A DNA stretch of 62,412 bases, filler included, from Pirum gemmata (taxonomy: Eukaryota), in assembly GCA_002812295.1 (NCBI GenBank). It is 17 parts of 17 records of this genome, joined end to end, with 100 filler letters (N's around TTAATTAATTAA, not from the genome) between each part and the next. Parts side by side here need not be neighbours in the genome. Positions count along the whole stretch, not along the records: positions 24,612 to 28,712 come from PDIN01002624.1; positions 28,813 to 32,215 come from PDIN01002625.1; positions 32,316 to 35,724 come from PDIN01002626.1; positions 35,825 to 41,474 come from PDIN01002627.1; 13 more parts are not named here. One strand, 5' to 3'. Of the stretch, positions 26,212 through 38,172 are shown one piece after another; position 1 is the stretch's first letter, and the number at the start of each line of letters is the position of its first letter. The position numbers and the translations under genes were made by a program. The notes beneath the pieces are model-generated. The model was not told the origin of the DNA. It saw nothing but the letters and a program-made list of their open reading frames with translations, and searched no databases.

Positions 26212-27360
26212 ATCCATTTTCCCACGTATTCTCGTTTTTCTTATAGCATATTCTATTAAGTAATGAAAGTATTGAAACTTCAAAACCTACCACAACTAGA
26301 CCACAGATAGTTGCAAACCCTCAACGACATTTTTCGGCTTTACCACAGGATTTACACCTCAACGCTCTTTAAAGAATATGTTCCCAGGACAAGAGCTTGT
26401 TGTTAACACGAGAAATGAGATATGCAGTGGTTTTCCTTGCTTCACAGCTTTTTCTAAGACAACAAATAGTAGAAACAAAACTGTTGTAGCTTATAAAAAA
26501 AGAGAAAACTATTGCTATGTTTGTAGTAAGAAAAGTACTTATGTAGTTTATTGTAGATTTTGTAAAAGGCATGCATGTATGCATAAATCATTTTGCCTGA
26601 AGGTACTCCAGATGTAGTAGATGTATACCATATGAAGCCTGTGTTTGGCTCTGGACCTGATTTTGTACTTAATTGCTGCTTCTTTCATATTCATCCAGCA
26701 ATGTATGATAAGTTAAAAGAAATGGAGGTCACAATCAACGATACAATAACTACACATGGTTTGAAAAGACCATACAGAAACCCTATGCTAAAACTCCAGC
26801 TAAAACTCCAGCAACAGCTTCAAAATCAAGCAGAAAAAAGGCAAAGAATAGTAAAGAATGATAGTAATACATGATTACGTAATTATATTTGATGACGTAA
26901 TTATCAATTACGTCATTTTCATTTTGTTGTAAAGACTTGTAAAGTAATAATATTATAATGTTCATTATAAATATCAAATGAATAAACAAGAATAAAAGTA
27001 TAAATGAATAAGGTTTTACAATTAAAAATATATTCATGAAAATTTATTATTCTCGAATGAAACTCGAACTTTAAAATCCACTATTTATTCATAGTCTAAA
27101 AAAAAATCGATTTTTTTCGAGCTTTGGAGAATAATATCGACAGGGTCGATGTTATTCTCTCTTTTTTTTTTTTTATTATGTAGTAATTATTTTTTCCCTA
27201 TAATAATATTATTATGACCAAATTATATGGCAGTTTGAAATGTTTCAATTATCATATTTTTTTGGCTCGAAAATCCGACAAAAAAAAAAGGCAAAAATTG
27301 ACTAAAAATTGTGTAAATCTAGTGTAAATCTTTACAATTTTTGCAGACAATTTTTGACAG

Positions 27361-27580
27361 AATTTTTGAGCAAATTTTTTTTTTTACTAATGAGCCTCAC
27401 CCGGGGTTAAAGACTTAAAGTTGATCTTCATTTAATTAACATATCTTTGTTTAGTGGAAAACAGTTGGAAAACTAAGCATTATCTACCAGCTGTTATCTA
27501 CTACTTCTAGGCTAATTGAAAATATTTACAATTTTTGAGCAATTTTTTTTTTTTACTAATTAGCCGCGCCCGGGGGTTAA
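27361..27580 (+). mobile_element. Two piggyBac-type right termini (..CCCGGGG-TTAA at 27400-27410 and 27569-27580)
   Basis: A ~50-bp sequence AATTTTTGAGCAA-(T)n-ACTAAT(G/T)AGCC..CCCGGGG occurs twice, each followed by TTAA, downstream of the transposase. Confidence 0.6.
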
Positions 27581-27782
27581 AGTTGTTCCTATCTCAAAAA
27601 ACCTAAAAAAACAGTTCAAAATACACTCAAAAAACGTATAAATATCAGCATTTGTGAAAAGTTCACCTTATCATTATTGTTATTTTCAAGCTTGTATTGT
27701 ATTGTATTTGTAAATTATTTACCATATTATCTTAAACTTTTTTCACACAGTGTCTTTTATTATTTTCCTTTTTTAATTCATC

Positions 27783-27912
27783 ATGTCTAACAAACACGAA
27801 GCTTTCGGATTAGATGCTGAACTTGAAGCTAAAAAAGCGGCTAAATACAATCCTCAGTTAGAAGGAGAATCTATTGAGTGGATTGCACAAATAACTGGAA
27901 AAAGATGTACAG
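27783..27912 (+). CDS. First exon of a calponin/transgelin (MP20-like) CH-domain protein
   Basis: MSNKHEAFGLDAELEAKKAAKYNPQLEGESIEWIAQITGK matches the GL..E...K...KY.P.LE....WI N-terminus of the family; GT donor at 27913. Missing from the ORF track. Confidence 0.8.
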
Positions 27913-27954
27913 GTGTGCATTAATTATAATTAGTAGTAGTATTATTATTATTAN

Positions 27955-28018
<64 letters not shown>

Positions 28019-28109
28019 CAGCAGTAGTAGTAAAGTAGTAATAGTATTAGTAGTACTAATAGCAGCAGCAGTAGTAGTAAAGTAGTAATAGTATTAGTAG
28101 TACTAATAG

Positions 28110-28141
<32 letters not shown>

Positions 28142-28437
28142 ACAGCAGCAACAGCAGCAGCAGCAGCAGTAGAAGTAGCCTAACCCTAACCCTAACCCTA
28201 ACCCTAGTAGTCGTAGTCGTAGTAGTAGTAGTAGTGTATCTAACCAGTAATTTACCATAATTTTTATTCTAAAAAATAAATATTGTACATAATCATTCAG
28301 AGATTTTACAAGTATTCCATTGATCTATAAACTACTCTAACAAGTACAGTTTTAAAGATCGATTACAAAACAAAATGAAAAATTGATATGTTTAGTCCAT
28401 TGTCAACAGTAATCTGTTTTCCTTTTCACTTCATTTT

Positions 28438-28508
28438 TTACTCTGACTCTGGAACAGGTCCTTCATCTTTAAATAGTTTATAAACTGATTTGTATTGCGA
28501 CATGTAGC
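28438..28508 (-). CDS. Possible terminal exon of an unidentified gene (YMSQYKSVYKLFKDEGPVPESE*)
   Basis: AG acceptor at 28510-28509, coding-like composition and TAA stop; short. Confidence 0.35.
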
Positions 28509-29063
28509 CTTTTTTAAATTAATATTAATAAAAGTGGTGGGTGGTTTAGCATTAGCGTAAACTCATAATGCAAAATACAATGATAAACGATGATACTAAG
28601 GGGAATATTGTTGGTATTATTGACATTGAAACAGTAAAACAACAATAACAATAATACTAACGAGAGTAGCGTAACATAACAGTACTGTCGTTAATAATAA
28701 TAATAATAATAANNNNNNNNNNNNNNNNNNNNNNNNNNNNNNNNNNNNNNNNNNNNTTAATTAATTAANNNNNNNNNNNNNNNNNNNNNNNNNNNNNNNN
28801 NNNNNNNNNNNNTTTATTTATTTATTTATTTTATTATTATTATCATTATTATTTTCTCTAAATTTAATAATAAAAGGGGAAATTAGTACGATGCTTATTT
28901 AAGTGTTCATTAAATTAAATTCACTATCACCAAAAGTAAAGACAACAAATGGTTTTTTAATAAAACTAATCTTTGCTAATAAAATAATATAATAAAAAAA
29001 TAAATAAAAAATATCATTTATTTAATTTTCTGCTTTGATAAATAAAAAATCAGTTATTGTAAT

Positions 29064-30625
29064 ATGTTCATAAATACGACAGCACCATCCAGCACCATCC
29101 TTATTGGGACGACTCTGCACTCATCACAACTTTCATATACAAGGCCAGTTTAAAAGCACAGCGAACGAAGGGTCTCTCCAAATTAACCTTGTTACCATCC
29201 GAAGCATCAGCAATAATAAGAAAAGCACCTGCTACGAGTACCGTTACTTTTTTCACCGGTGATTATAAAAAAGCTGCTTCCCAATTGTCGACGAGGGTTA
29301 ATGAAATTGTAGCTGCCAACCCTTGGCTTGATTCGTTTCTTGAAGATGAGAGTTTTTCATCTTTGGCGGCGTATTACCCTAGTGGTCAAAAGATCTTTTC
29401 GGTTCGTAGAGATGTAGATCTACGGCGTGATTCAAACTACAACGATTTAGTCCAGGTAGTGCAAACTGTTGTTTGCAGAACTACCGAGGACTCTGTCGGA
29501 AGAAAAGAACCTCTTTTTAAGGTAAAGCAGCATTTTTTTCAAACTCATATAATAATATTTTGTTGTTTTTGTTATTGTAAACTGTTAGAGAGAGGGAGTT
29601 GCTGTAGTAACATTAGTTTTTGTTGATATTTTATATTTAAAATACAATTATACTAATTTTTATTCATATTCATATTCATATTCATATTCTTAATTCTTAT
29701 TTTATACATATTACTCTCTTAAATTGACAAAAAGGTTACATTGATTCCCGATGGCAGTAGTAGTAATAATCGCTTCGCTTTGGTTGTTAGTGCTAATCAC
29801 AGCATTATGGATGGACATGGCTTTTATAAAATTCATTCAATGCTCTCCAATGAAGCTGTGGTTGTTAAACTAAATGCAAAGCGCAAGATGGAAATACCCG
29901 AGAAAATAGTAACAGCGATGGGTGGAGAAAAGAGCCTCTTGCAGATTACACCTCCGGGATTCCTTCTTCGTTTTATAGGTGGGACTATTCGTAATGCTAT
30001 TTTAAAAGAAACAAAGGCGATTGGTTTCCTAGTAAACACTGACTTTGTGACAACAACGAAAAAGGAAGTAGCAACAAAGAAAAGCAAAAACAACAACAAC
30101 AATACATCTATGCCTTCTTTCGTGAGTACAAATGATATTATTGTAAGTAGTTTTTGTAATACTCTCAAATGCGATGTCGCTATGATGGCCATCAATTTCC
30201 GTGGACGCGTAGATGATTGTGGGGAAGACGACGTCGGGAATTACGAAGACCTGCTATGTTATACTCCATCCGATTACAGCAGTGCCGAGCTCGTGAGAAA
30301 GAGTGTCGGGGGAAGCGTGTTTAAAAGACAAGGAGGCGGTGTTTTGCCGACGAATTGGCAACATCTAAGCGGCGCTACTTACGGGGCTATTACAAATTGG
30401 GCGACTTTCGCTAAGGAATTGAAATTAGATGGCGGGTTACAAGACCTTCATTTGCCACTATTTGATTGGAATAAAACGACGCCCGCTTGTATTTTTGGAG
30501 CGATGGTGATTTTTAAGCCAAGACCTGAGGAGGTTGGTGTGATGTGCGCTGGCAGCGAGACGCTAATAGAAAGCATGAGAGAAAGTGGTATTATTGGGGG
30601 AGACTTGGGTATTGTCGTATCTTGA
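29064..30625 (+). CDS. CoA-dependent acyltransferase (HxxxDG, BAHD/condensation-like fold); exons 29064-29521 and 29735-30625, 1-nt frameshift near 29115
   Basis: In-frame GT(29522)..AG(29734) intron joins EPLFK to VTLIPD; motifs SANHSIMDGHGFY, VSTNDII, INFRGR, GNY, TNW. Confidence 0.75.
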
Positions 30626-32989
30626 AGGGTACGCAAGTTGTAAAGAGAAAAGAAAAGAGATATTTAAAATTTAATGGGTAATGTTTTGAGTATATCAGGT
30701 TTTAATCGAAATGAGTGAGATGTATAAGTCTTTTCGTTTTCGTTAATTAATATACTCTTAATTTGTATGATATAAAATTGGTTGTTTTTTATATCAGGTT
30801 TAAATCGAAATGAGTGAGATGTATAAGTTTTTTCGTATTCGTTAATAAATAATGAATTTTTGAATCAACAAATTAGAATTTCATATATTTGCCTATATTA
30901 ATTAATAAATAATATAAAACACATATGTATCTTATTTATAATATAAAACCACAACTTATTTATAATATAAAACCACATCTTATTTATTAAGTCAATGAAT
31001 TTTTTTAATCAACAAATTAAACTCCCATATAACTATGTATACGTATATTAATAATAAATAATATAAAATAAATCTTGTTATTAATTGATATTAACTGATT
31101 TTTTTAGCAATAATCGATATTAATATATATTTATCAAATATATAACATCTTGGTTTATAAACAAGTGAAAATTATTTTATTTTTTCTTACTCATTCGGCG
31201 TACATAATAATTATTATGCTAATAGTATACGTTAATTTTTTATTTTTTTGCCGGAAAAATTCCGTTCAAAGGAAAATTTGTCAATCATTAAAAGCATTTT
31301 CAAAACAATCAATATTTGTTTTTGTTATTAATTATTCTTTCCCTTTACTTTTTGCGTAGGAAGAGAGATAGAAAGATAGAAAGATATAGATAGATAGATA
31401 GAGAGAGAGAGAAAGGGGAGAAGAGAAAGAGAATACATATAGGGAGAACCCCGTACTTGTAAATGCGAAATAGCTTTTAATTAAAATGTAAAAAAAAAAT
31501 AGACTAAAGAAAAGAAAACTATGCGAGCAAGAGAAAAGCAAAATAAAAAACAAAAACTAATGTGCAAAAAAAAAAAAGCAAGAACCCAAATCCAAACACC
31601 CCTTGATGGTGATATTTCTGAAGGTAATAAATAAAGCAGTTTGAATTTAAATGCTTTATCTTTAGTTTGTTCGCTTTGACCATAGCTAACAAACCCAGTC
31701 TAAAACTTTTAAGTCCGAAAAAGGAAACGAGAATTAAATGCAAAAAAAAAATGTTAATATTATTGAATAATAAAATTAATAACAATAACAATAACAATAA
31801 TAATAACAATACTAGAGAAAAAATAATATAACGGACAAAAGTATCTATCATAATATTATTATAATAATTATTATAACTCTATCATAGCTATTTAGTTATC
31901 ATAGCAACTATGATACAAACACTACTACAAACTGTAGTTAGCTCTCACAAAGAGTTAGCTCGCTCTAGCTAGGACTAGCTAGCTAGCTATAACTAAACCG
32001 GGGTCTGGCTAGCTAGCTAGTTGTGTAGGCAGTGTAGCTAGCTAGCTAGCTAGTATTGATATTATGATAGTATCAGATAGATACTACTGGCTAGTAGCTA
32101 GCTAGCTACTAGCTAGTAGTATTGATAAGGAAAAAAATGAAAAAAAAATATAATATGCATATATATTATTATTATTATTATTACCATCAATCTTTTTGTT
32201 TAAATAAAGACATTGNNNNNNNNNNNNNNNNNNNNNNNNNNNNNNNNNNNNNNNNNNNNTTAATTAATTAANNNNNNNNNNNNNNNNNNNNNNNNNNNNN
32301 NNNNNNNNNNNNNNNTTATTATTATTATTATAGAACGCGTGTGCGGTTATTGTTGTTATTATTGTTGTTTCTGAGCCACTATTGTACAATGTTCTTCTTT
32401 ACAACAAACAAAATTGCTGTAATGGTGGTCATCAGAGCCAAAGTAAAAAAAAAATAATAATAAAGAGCATTGAAAATAACAAAAATAAAAATAAAAATCA
32501 TTATCAATAAAAAAATTGAAAGTAATAAACATAAAAGAGAACATAACAAAAATCGATAATAATAATAATAATAACAAATGCCAATACCTGAATAGCATTT
32601 GGGGTTAGTAGATCCATTGTAAAACTATTTATTTAAAAGGCAACACAATACCGCTAATAATACTAATAAATAACTGACTAAATATTAAATAAATAAACTT
32701 CTTTTTATTATTATTATTATTATTTACTTATTCTTATTATTATGGTATTCATAACATTAAATTTATTTATCAGAATGTATAGACTAGTATGATTATAAAA
32801 CCAAAACGATAACTAAAATATCAATAAAAAATTAATAAAAAAATAAATGTATGCGTACCTATATAATAAAAAAGTGAGAAAAAAGTGAGAAAAAAGCTAG
32901 ACTAGCTCTAGCTAGTATTTTGTATCATAGTAGTATGATATTAAACCTAGCTAGTAGCTAGCTAGCTAGCCAGTGAAAAAAGAAAAGAA

Positions 32990-33057
<68 letters not shown>

Positions 33058-33572
33058 TTTGGGAGAACTAGAACAAACATTAAATAATAATAAAAAATTG
33101 AAGCTGCAATTATAATAAAAATGTTTCTCATTTCAAACCAGTCTAGTTTTTTTCATGAAGTTGGAAGCATTACCAAAAATTCCTGTAGACATGTCGTAAT
33201 GATGACGTAGAAACGACGTAATGTTTTCCATTTCAATACTGGTTGGTATTGGAAAAAGGTCCAATAAACGTTTCCATATAAAGTTTCAAGTTGGAGGAGT
33301 AGTGTTAGAGACTTGGAGTTCAAGTTTTTTCTTGTTAAAAGGCTTGTGTGACGTCTTTATTTCTATTTAAATTAAGTGGCTTGTGTGACGTCATTATTTC
33401 ATTTATTTTTTTAAACATTACATGAGTTCTACTAGTAGATATCATAAGTATATCATAGCAGCTGTAACTTCTAAGTTATGTTTATAAAAATTTAATACAA
33501 TATTAATATATGTCAAATTAATTTAAAAAGTTTGAAATATAAACAAACAAACAAACAAAAAAAAAAACATAC

Positions 33573-33821
33573 ATGACTGAAAGTGAACTGGAATTAGCAA
33601 AAAGACAAATAGAATTTGAACAATTTGTAAATAGTTTTTACTTAGATATAATTACAAATCATTGGCATAAGGAAACTAATTTTGGTGAAAAAGTGAAACA
33701 CATTATAAGCGATGAAATTAATAACGCCAAAGGAGACAAAAAAGTTCTTTTTGATAGCTTGCGAAAAGTTCCTGAAAAAGTATTAACAATGGTAAGAAGT
33801 AAAGAATTAGTCATGGATTAA
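33573..33821 (+). CDS. Small hypothetical protein, 82 aa
   Basis: ATG after A-rich leader, normal amino-acid composition; GGCTTGTGTGACGTC duplicated upstream (33341, 33378). Confidence 0.5.
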   Translation: MTESELELAKRQIEFEQFVNSFYLDIITNHWHKETNFGEKVKHIISDEINNAKGDKKVLFDSLRKVPEKVLTMVRSKELVMD

Positions 33822-33934
33822 TGGATCAGATATACAAAGAAAGATAAGATATAATATAGACTATGATATCCTAATAGGAACCAGAACAGGGCATCATACT
33901 TTTAGGGGCATCATACTACTACTAGGCTGCGCCT

Positions 33935-34410
33935 TCATTTAAATTTGAATTGCGATTTTATTTCAATTCGCGGACAAACTTTTCTAGTTTTTTGTACAGC
34001 CTCTATTGTTGCACTTCCGTTTTCGTCCAAAAAACCAAAGTTGGCCAACTCGATAGCAGTAGAATAAAACAGTTTTTTTAATTCCAAGGCAGTATTAGAA
34101 AGCTTACGTATACAGTCACCATCAACCACATCTTCAATGTCAGTATTACCCCAGAGCTTATCTACATGATCAGACGTAACTGTTAACCATCCACCCGGAG
34201 TAGGTACACGACATTCTCTATAAATTACCTTTTCAATAGGTGGGAAACAGTCAAATCGTTCAGTTTTATTAGTTACTAGCATATCCTTGGTTATAGGCTG
34301 TTTCATTACTTTGGCACAATATTCAAAAACTTTTGAGGTAGAATTAAATAAATTCAATTCCCCAGTATTATTATTGTTACTACTTAAGTTTTCCTTTTCA
34401 TTACTATTAA

Positions 34411-34444
<34 letters not shown>

Positions 34445-35640
34445 ACTAGTACTATTACGAATAAAATAGGGGTGTATTTTGTTGTATAAAGCTTTTCTAG
34501 TCTTTGTTTTCTCTTTCGCATTTTGCAGTTGCCGCTTTGTTAAAGATAATTCTTTGTTAGCAGCGCACATTTCAAGTTTTTCCCGCTTGTTTTCTTCGAT
34601 CTTCGAGTTATTATCAAAATAAAAAACTTGGGCAGATTCATGACGCGCTCTGCCTGAACCCTGGATATGTGCTCGAGTAGTATCAGTTTTTTCGAATCTA
34701 ATTACATAACTTGCAGACGGGATATCAATCCCTTCTTCAATAGACGGAGTGCAAACCAAAACGTTTGTTTCATTAGCTCGAAAGTTGTCGATCTCCGAAA
34801 TGCGAGTAGCTTCAGACATGGAGCCGGTTCCACTGACCATACTAACCTCGAAACCCGATTGCTTTAAAAGAGAACCAACGGGTTGCAGCATAGAAACACG
34901 GGTGACAAAAACAATACCTTTATACTCATTGTTGGTTTTATTTTCACGGTAGAGTCTTGTTAATAAATCAAGTAACCTTTCGAATTTGGTGGAAAACTTT
35001 GGAATTATGTTATTTTCAAGTAATGTCTTGGTGGCCATACGGGAAAAGTAAATATTCCAGTCGGGTATTGCTTCCTCCAGTCTTTGCACTGTCTCATATC
35101 GATCACCGGTGTAAAACTGTTTCATTTTAGTGATAGTGACTCCAACTTGTGAAATTACCCCATTCTTAATATAAATAATAAAACCCTCGAACCCAAGCTG
35201 TAAGAAAACATGAGAAGCATTAGAATATATTTTCTGTTGATCTTTAACTGCGATGTTTAACTCGGTCAATACAGCAAAAAATGGTTCTAAAATTTCCTTA
35301 CACAAGGTAAAAATCTTATGTGCGAAAGACGGCAAAGAGTCTATATCATATTCAACATCCGCATAGTGAACTGTTTTTCTATAAACATAATCACCAGCTT
35401 TTCTGGTCGAAATATCATCACCAATTCCTCCTATCAATCCTGAACCTACAGTAATAATATTTGGTTGGAAAAGACGTGCTTGAAGTAAAGCTTCTAATGC
35501 CATTCGCTTTTGCTCTATATTTTTCATTGCCCCGTTTACAAAGCTAGCAGTTAATCCTACAATACGAAGATGATCTGTGATGCACATATGAATACTATCT
35601 CTACAAATAGCAGCCATGGGTGAATTTCCTGTACTTGTTT
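33935..35640 (-). CDS. Dicer/RIG-I-type SF2 helicase (motif III to VI) followed by a Dicer dimerisation (DUF283)-like fold; N-terminal exons missing
   Basis: TGNSPM (follows DExHH in this family), IVGLTAS, KGIVFV, VLVCTPSIEEGIDIPSASYVIRFE, HIQGSGRAR; then NSTSKVFEYCAKV..KKLFYSTAIELANFGFLDEN; stop at 33935. Confidence 0.82.
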
Positions 35641-35903
35641 TAATTTGTAGTTTTGGTTAATATATTTTTTAATATATATATATATATTATAGTGTAATAA
35701 TAATAATAATAATAATAATATTGANNNNNNNNNNNNNNNNNNNNNNNNNNNNNNNNNNNNNNNNNNNNTTAATTAATTAANNNNNNNNNNNNNNNNNNNN
35801 NNNNNNNNNNNNNNNNNNNNNNNNTTGGGTTAGGGTTAGTATTAGGGTAAGGGTTAGTACTAGGGTTAGGGTTAGGGTCAACATAACAATACAAAGATGA
35901 TAC

Positions 35904-36241
35904 CACTTTTGTTGTTTTTATTTTGTCAGAGTAAGTGCCACTAGCAGGTCCTGCTCTTCTACGAGAACTTCTTCTCGTTCCATCTTCTTTATCCTTGTTG
36001 CTCTTGTTGTTATCGTCATCATCCACTTTACCATCAACATCAACTTCATTTTGTGTGGTGATTGTTGGTTTTGTATAACTACTGCTGTTCTTTTCAGTTA
36101 TTGATAAGGATTCATCCAATGCGATTTCTTCAATAACAAAGGACTGCTCCAGAGCTGAAAAGTATTTGGGATTTATAGCAAATTCTGATTGGTTGTTTTC
36201 CTCTTCTTCTTTTTGTTTGTTTCGTTTAGCTGGTGGTGTCT
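35904..36241 (-). CDS. Internal exon of an unidentified protein (charged, RRSSRRR possible NLS)
   Basis: TAG acceptor at 36244-36242, open frame, GTATC donor after 35904. Confidence 0.55.
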
Positions 36242-36380
36242 CTAGAATTTTTTTTTATTTTTTTGTTTTATTATTATTAATATTATTATTATTATTTGTG
36301 ATTGTTATTATTGTTGTTATAATTATTATTATTTATTGTTCTTCTTATTGCTATGGTTGTTGTTGTTCTTGTTCTTGTTC

Positions 36381-36427
<47 letters not shown>

Positions 36428-37684
36428 NNNNNNNNNNNNNNNNNNNNNNNNNNNNNNNNNNNNNNNNNNNNNNNNNNNNNNNNNNNNNNNNNNNNNNNNN
36501 NNNNNNNNNNNNATGAATTATTATTATTATTATTAATAATTAATTGTTATTATTGTTATCGGTTATTATTAATTATTGTTATTGTTATTATTGAACAATA
36601 ATCGGTTATTATTAATTATTGTTATTGTGAATTATTATTATTGTTATCGGTTATTATTAATTATTGTTATTGTTATTACTGTTATTATGAATTATTGTTA
36701 TTATTAATATTAATATTATTGTTATTAGGTTATTATTAATTATTGTTATTGTTATTATTAATTATTATTAATATTAATATTATTAATATTACTGTTATTA
36801 TGAATTATTATTATTATTAATATTAATATTATTGTTATTATTGTTATCGGTTATTATTAATTATTGTTATTGTTATTAATTATTATTAGTTATTATTAAT
36901 TATTAATATTAATATTATTTTTAGTATTGTTATTGGTTATTATTAATTATTATTATTATTGTTATTATTAATATTAATATTATTAATTATTATTATTATT
37001 AATATTATTAATATTACTGTTATTATTGTTATTATTGTTATTGGTTATTATTAATCATTGATTATTGGATACTTGTTAACAGTAATAATAATAATAATAG
37101 TATAACTACTGGTTATTATTAATTATTGTTAATGTTATTAATTATTGGATACTTGTTATTACTCAAGATTATGTAGGTTTGGACATAGTTAAATTAGTAT
37201 GGCATCACACTTTAAAATAGCATTAATATTATTAATTATTGTTATTAAAAAGTAAATAACTACAAAAAACTTACTGTCAAATCAAATAAGATACATGATA
37301 TGATTAAATTGATAAGATTGATAAATTTTATTTCTAATTTAAGAATACCACAAAATAAATAAACACACTATAATCTTCATATATGTACATACAGTGTACA
37401 TACGTACAAACAAAACAATTTTGCATTATTAAATTGATAACTTTGTTTTGTTTCTAATTAAATACTACAAAATAAATGAAACACACTATAATCTTCATTG
37501 ATAAGTTTTGTTTCTAAACATTCCACATAATTTTGCATTATTAAATTGATAAGTTTTGTTTCTAATTTAAGAATACCACAAAATAAATGAAACACACAAA
37601 TATCTTCATATATGCACATACGTACAAACAAAATAAATGAAAAGCACAATAATATTCATATATGCACATACGTACAAAAAAAAC

Positions 37685-37742
<58 letters not shown>

Positions 37743-38008
37743 TCAACCATACAGGAAAAAGCAAACTAATGAGGAATACACATTACAACTGATTATTCGA
37801 CAAGTTTCCTTCCATGTTTTTCTTCCCATTCCCTTTTTCTTTTTTCTGATTGTTTTCGCTTCATATTGACACTAAACTCTTTAATAACTTTATCGTTCGT
37901 TTCTCCAATTACTAATTTTGGAGTATTTTCCCTATAGTATTTCATGCTCTATTTTCACAAAAGAAATTATTTAGTAATATTTATTGATACTTAATCACCG
38001 TTTAATTA

Positions 38009-38039
<31 letters not shown>

Positions 38040-38172
38040 NNNNNNNNNNNNNNNNNNNNNNNNNNNNNNNNNNNNNNNNNNNNNNNNNNNNNNNNNNNNN
38101 NAAAAAAAAGGTTAATTTGTGATATTTCTTTTTATTATTTTTTTGCTTATTTTAGTTAGATAAACATATAGT

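Larger units (their letters stand above)
24740..26874 (+). pseudogene. Decayed piggyBac-like transposase carrying a YqaJ/lambda-exonuclease-like domain and a C-terminal Cys-rich domain; 5' part missing
   Basis: YqaJ-like GHDNEPLLAKAIY, TGLL..HSYDNL, CMEYKS, RVQLIHGM; piggyBac-like YNKSMFGEDTIS..RILFELITISLVNVRTLY; CYVC..CRFC..HAC. Frameshifts near 24993, 26315 and 26590, plus an insertion at 25945-26225. Confidence 0.72.

Noticed and set aside
26378..26617. TnpB/Fanzor zinc finger
   Set aside because: No RuvC motifs around the CxxC pairs; position after a piggyBac-like motif fits a transposase Cys-rich domain.
30691..31080. Short tandem duplications after the acyltransferase gene (also 37300-37680)
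   Set aside because: Ordinary local AT-rich duplications with no structure or coding signal.
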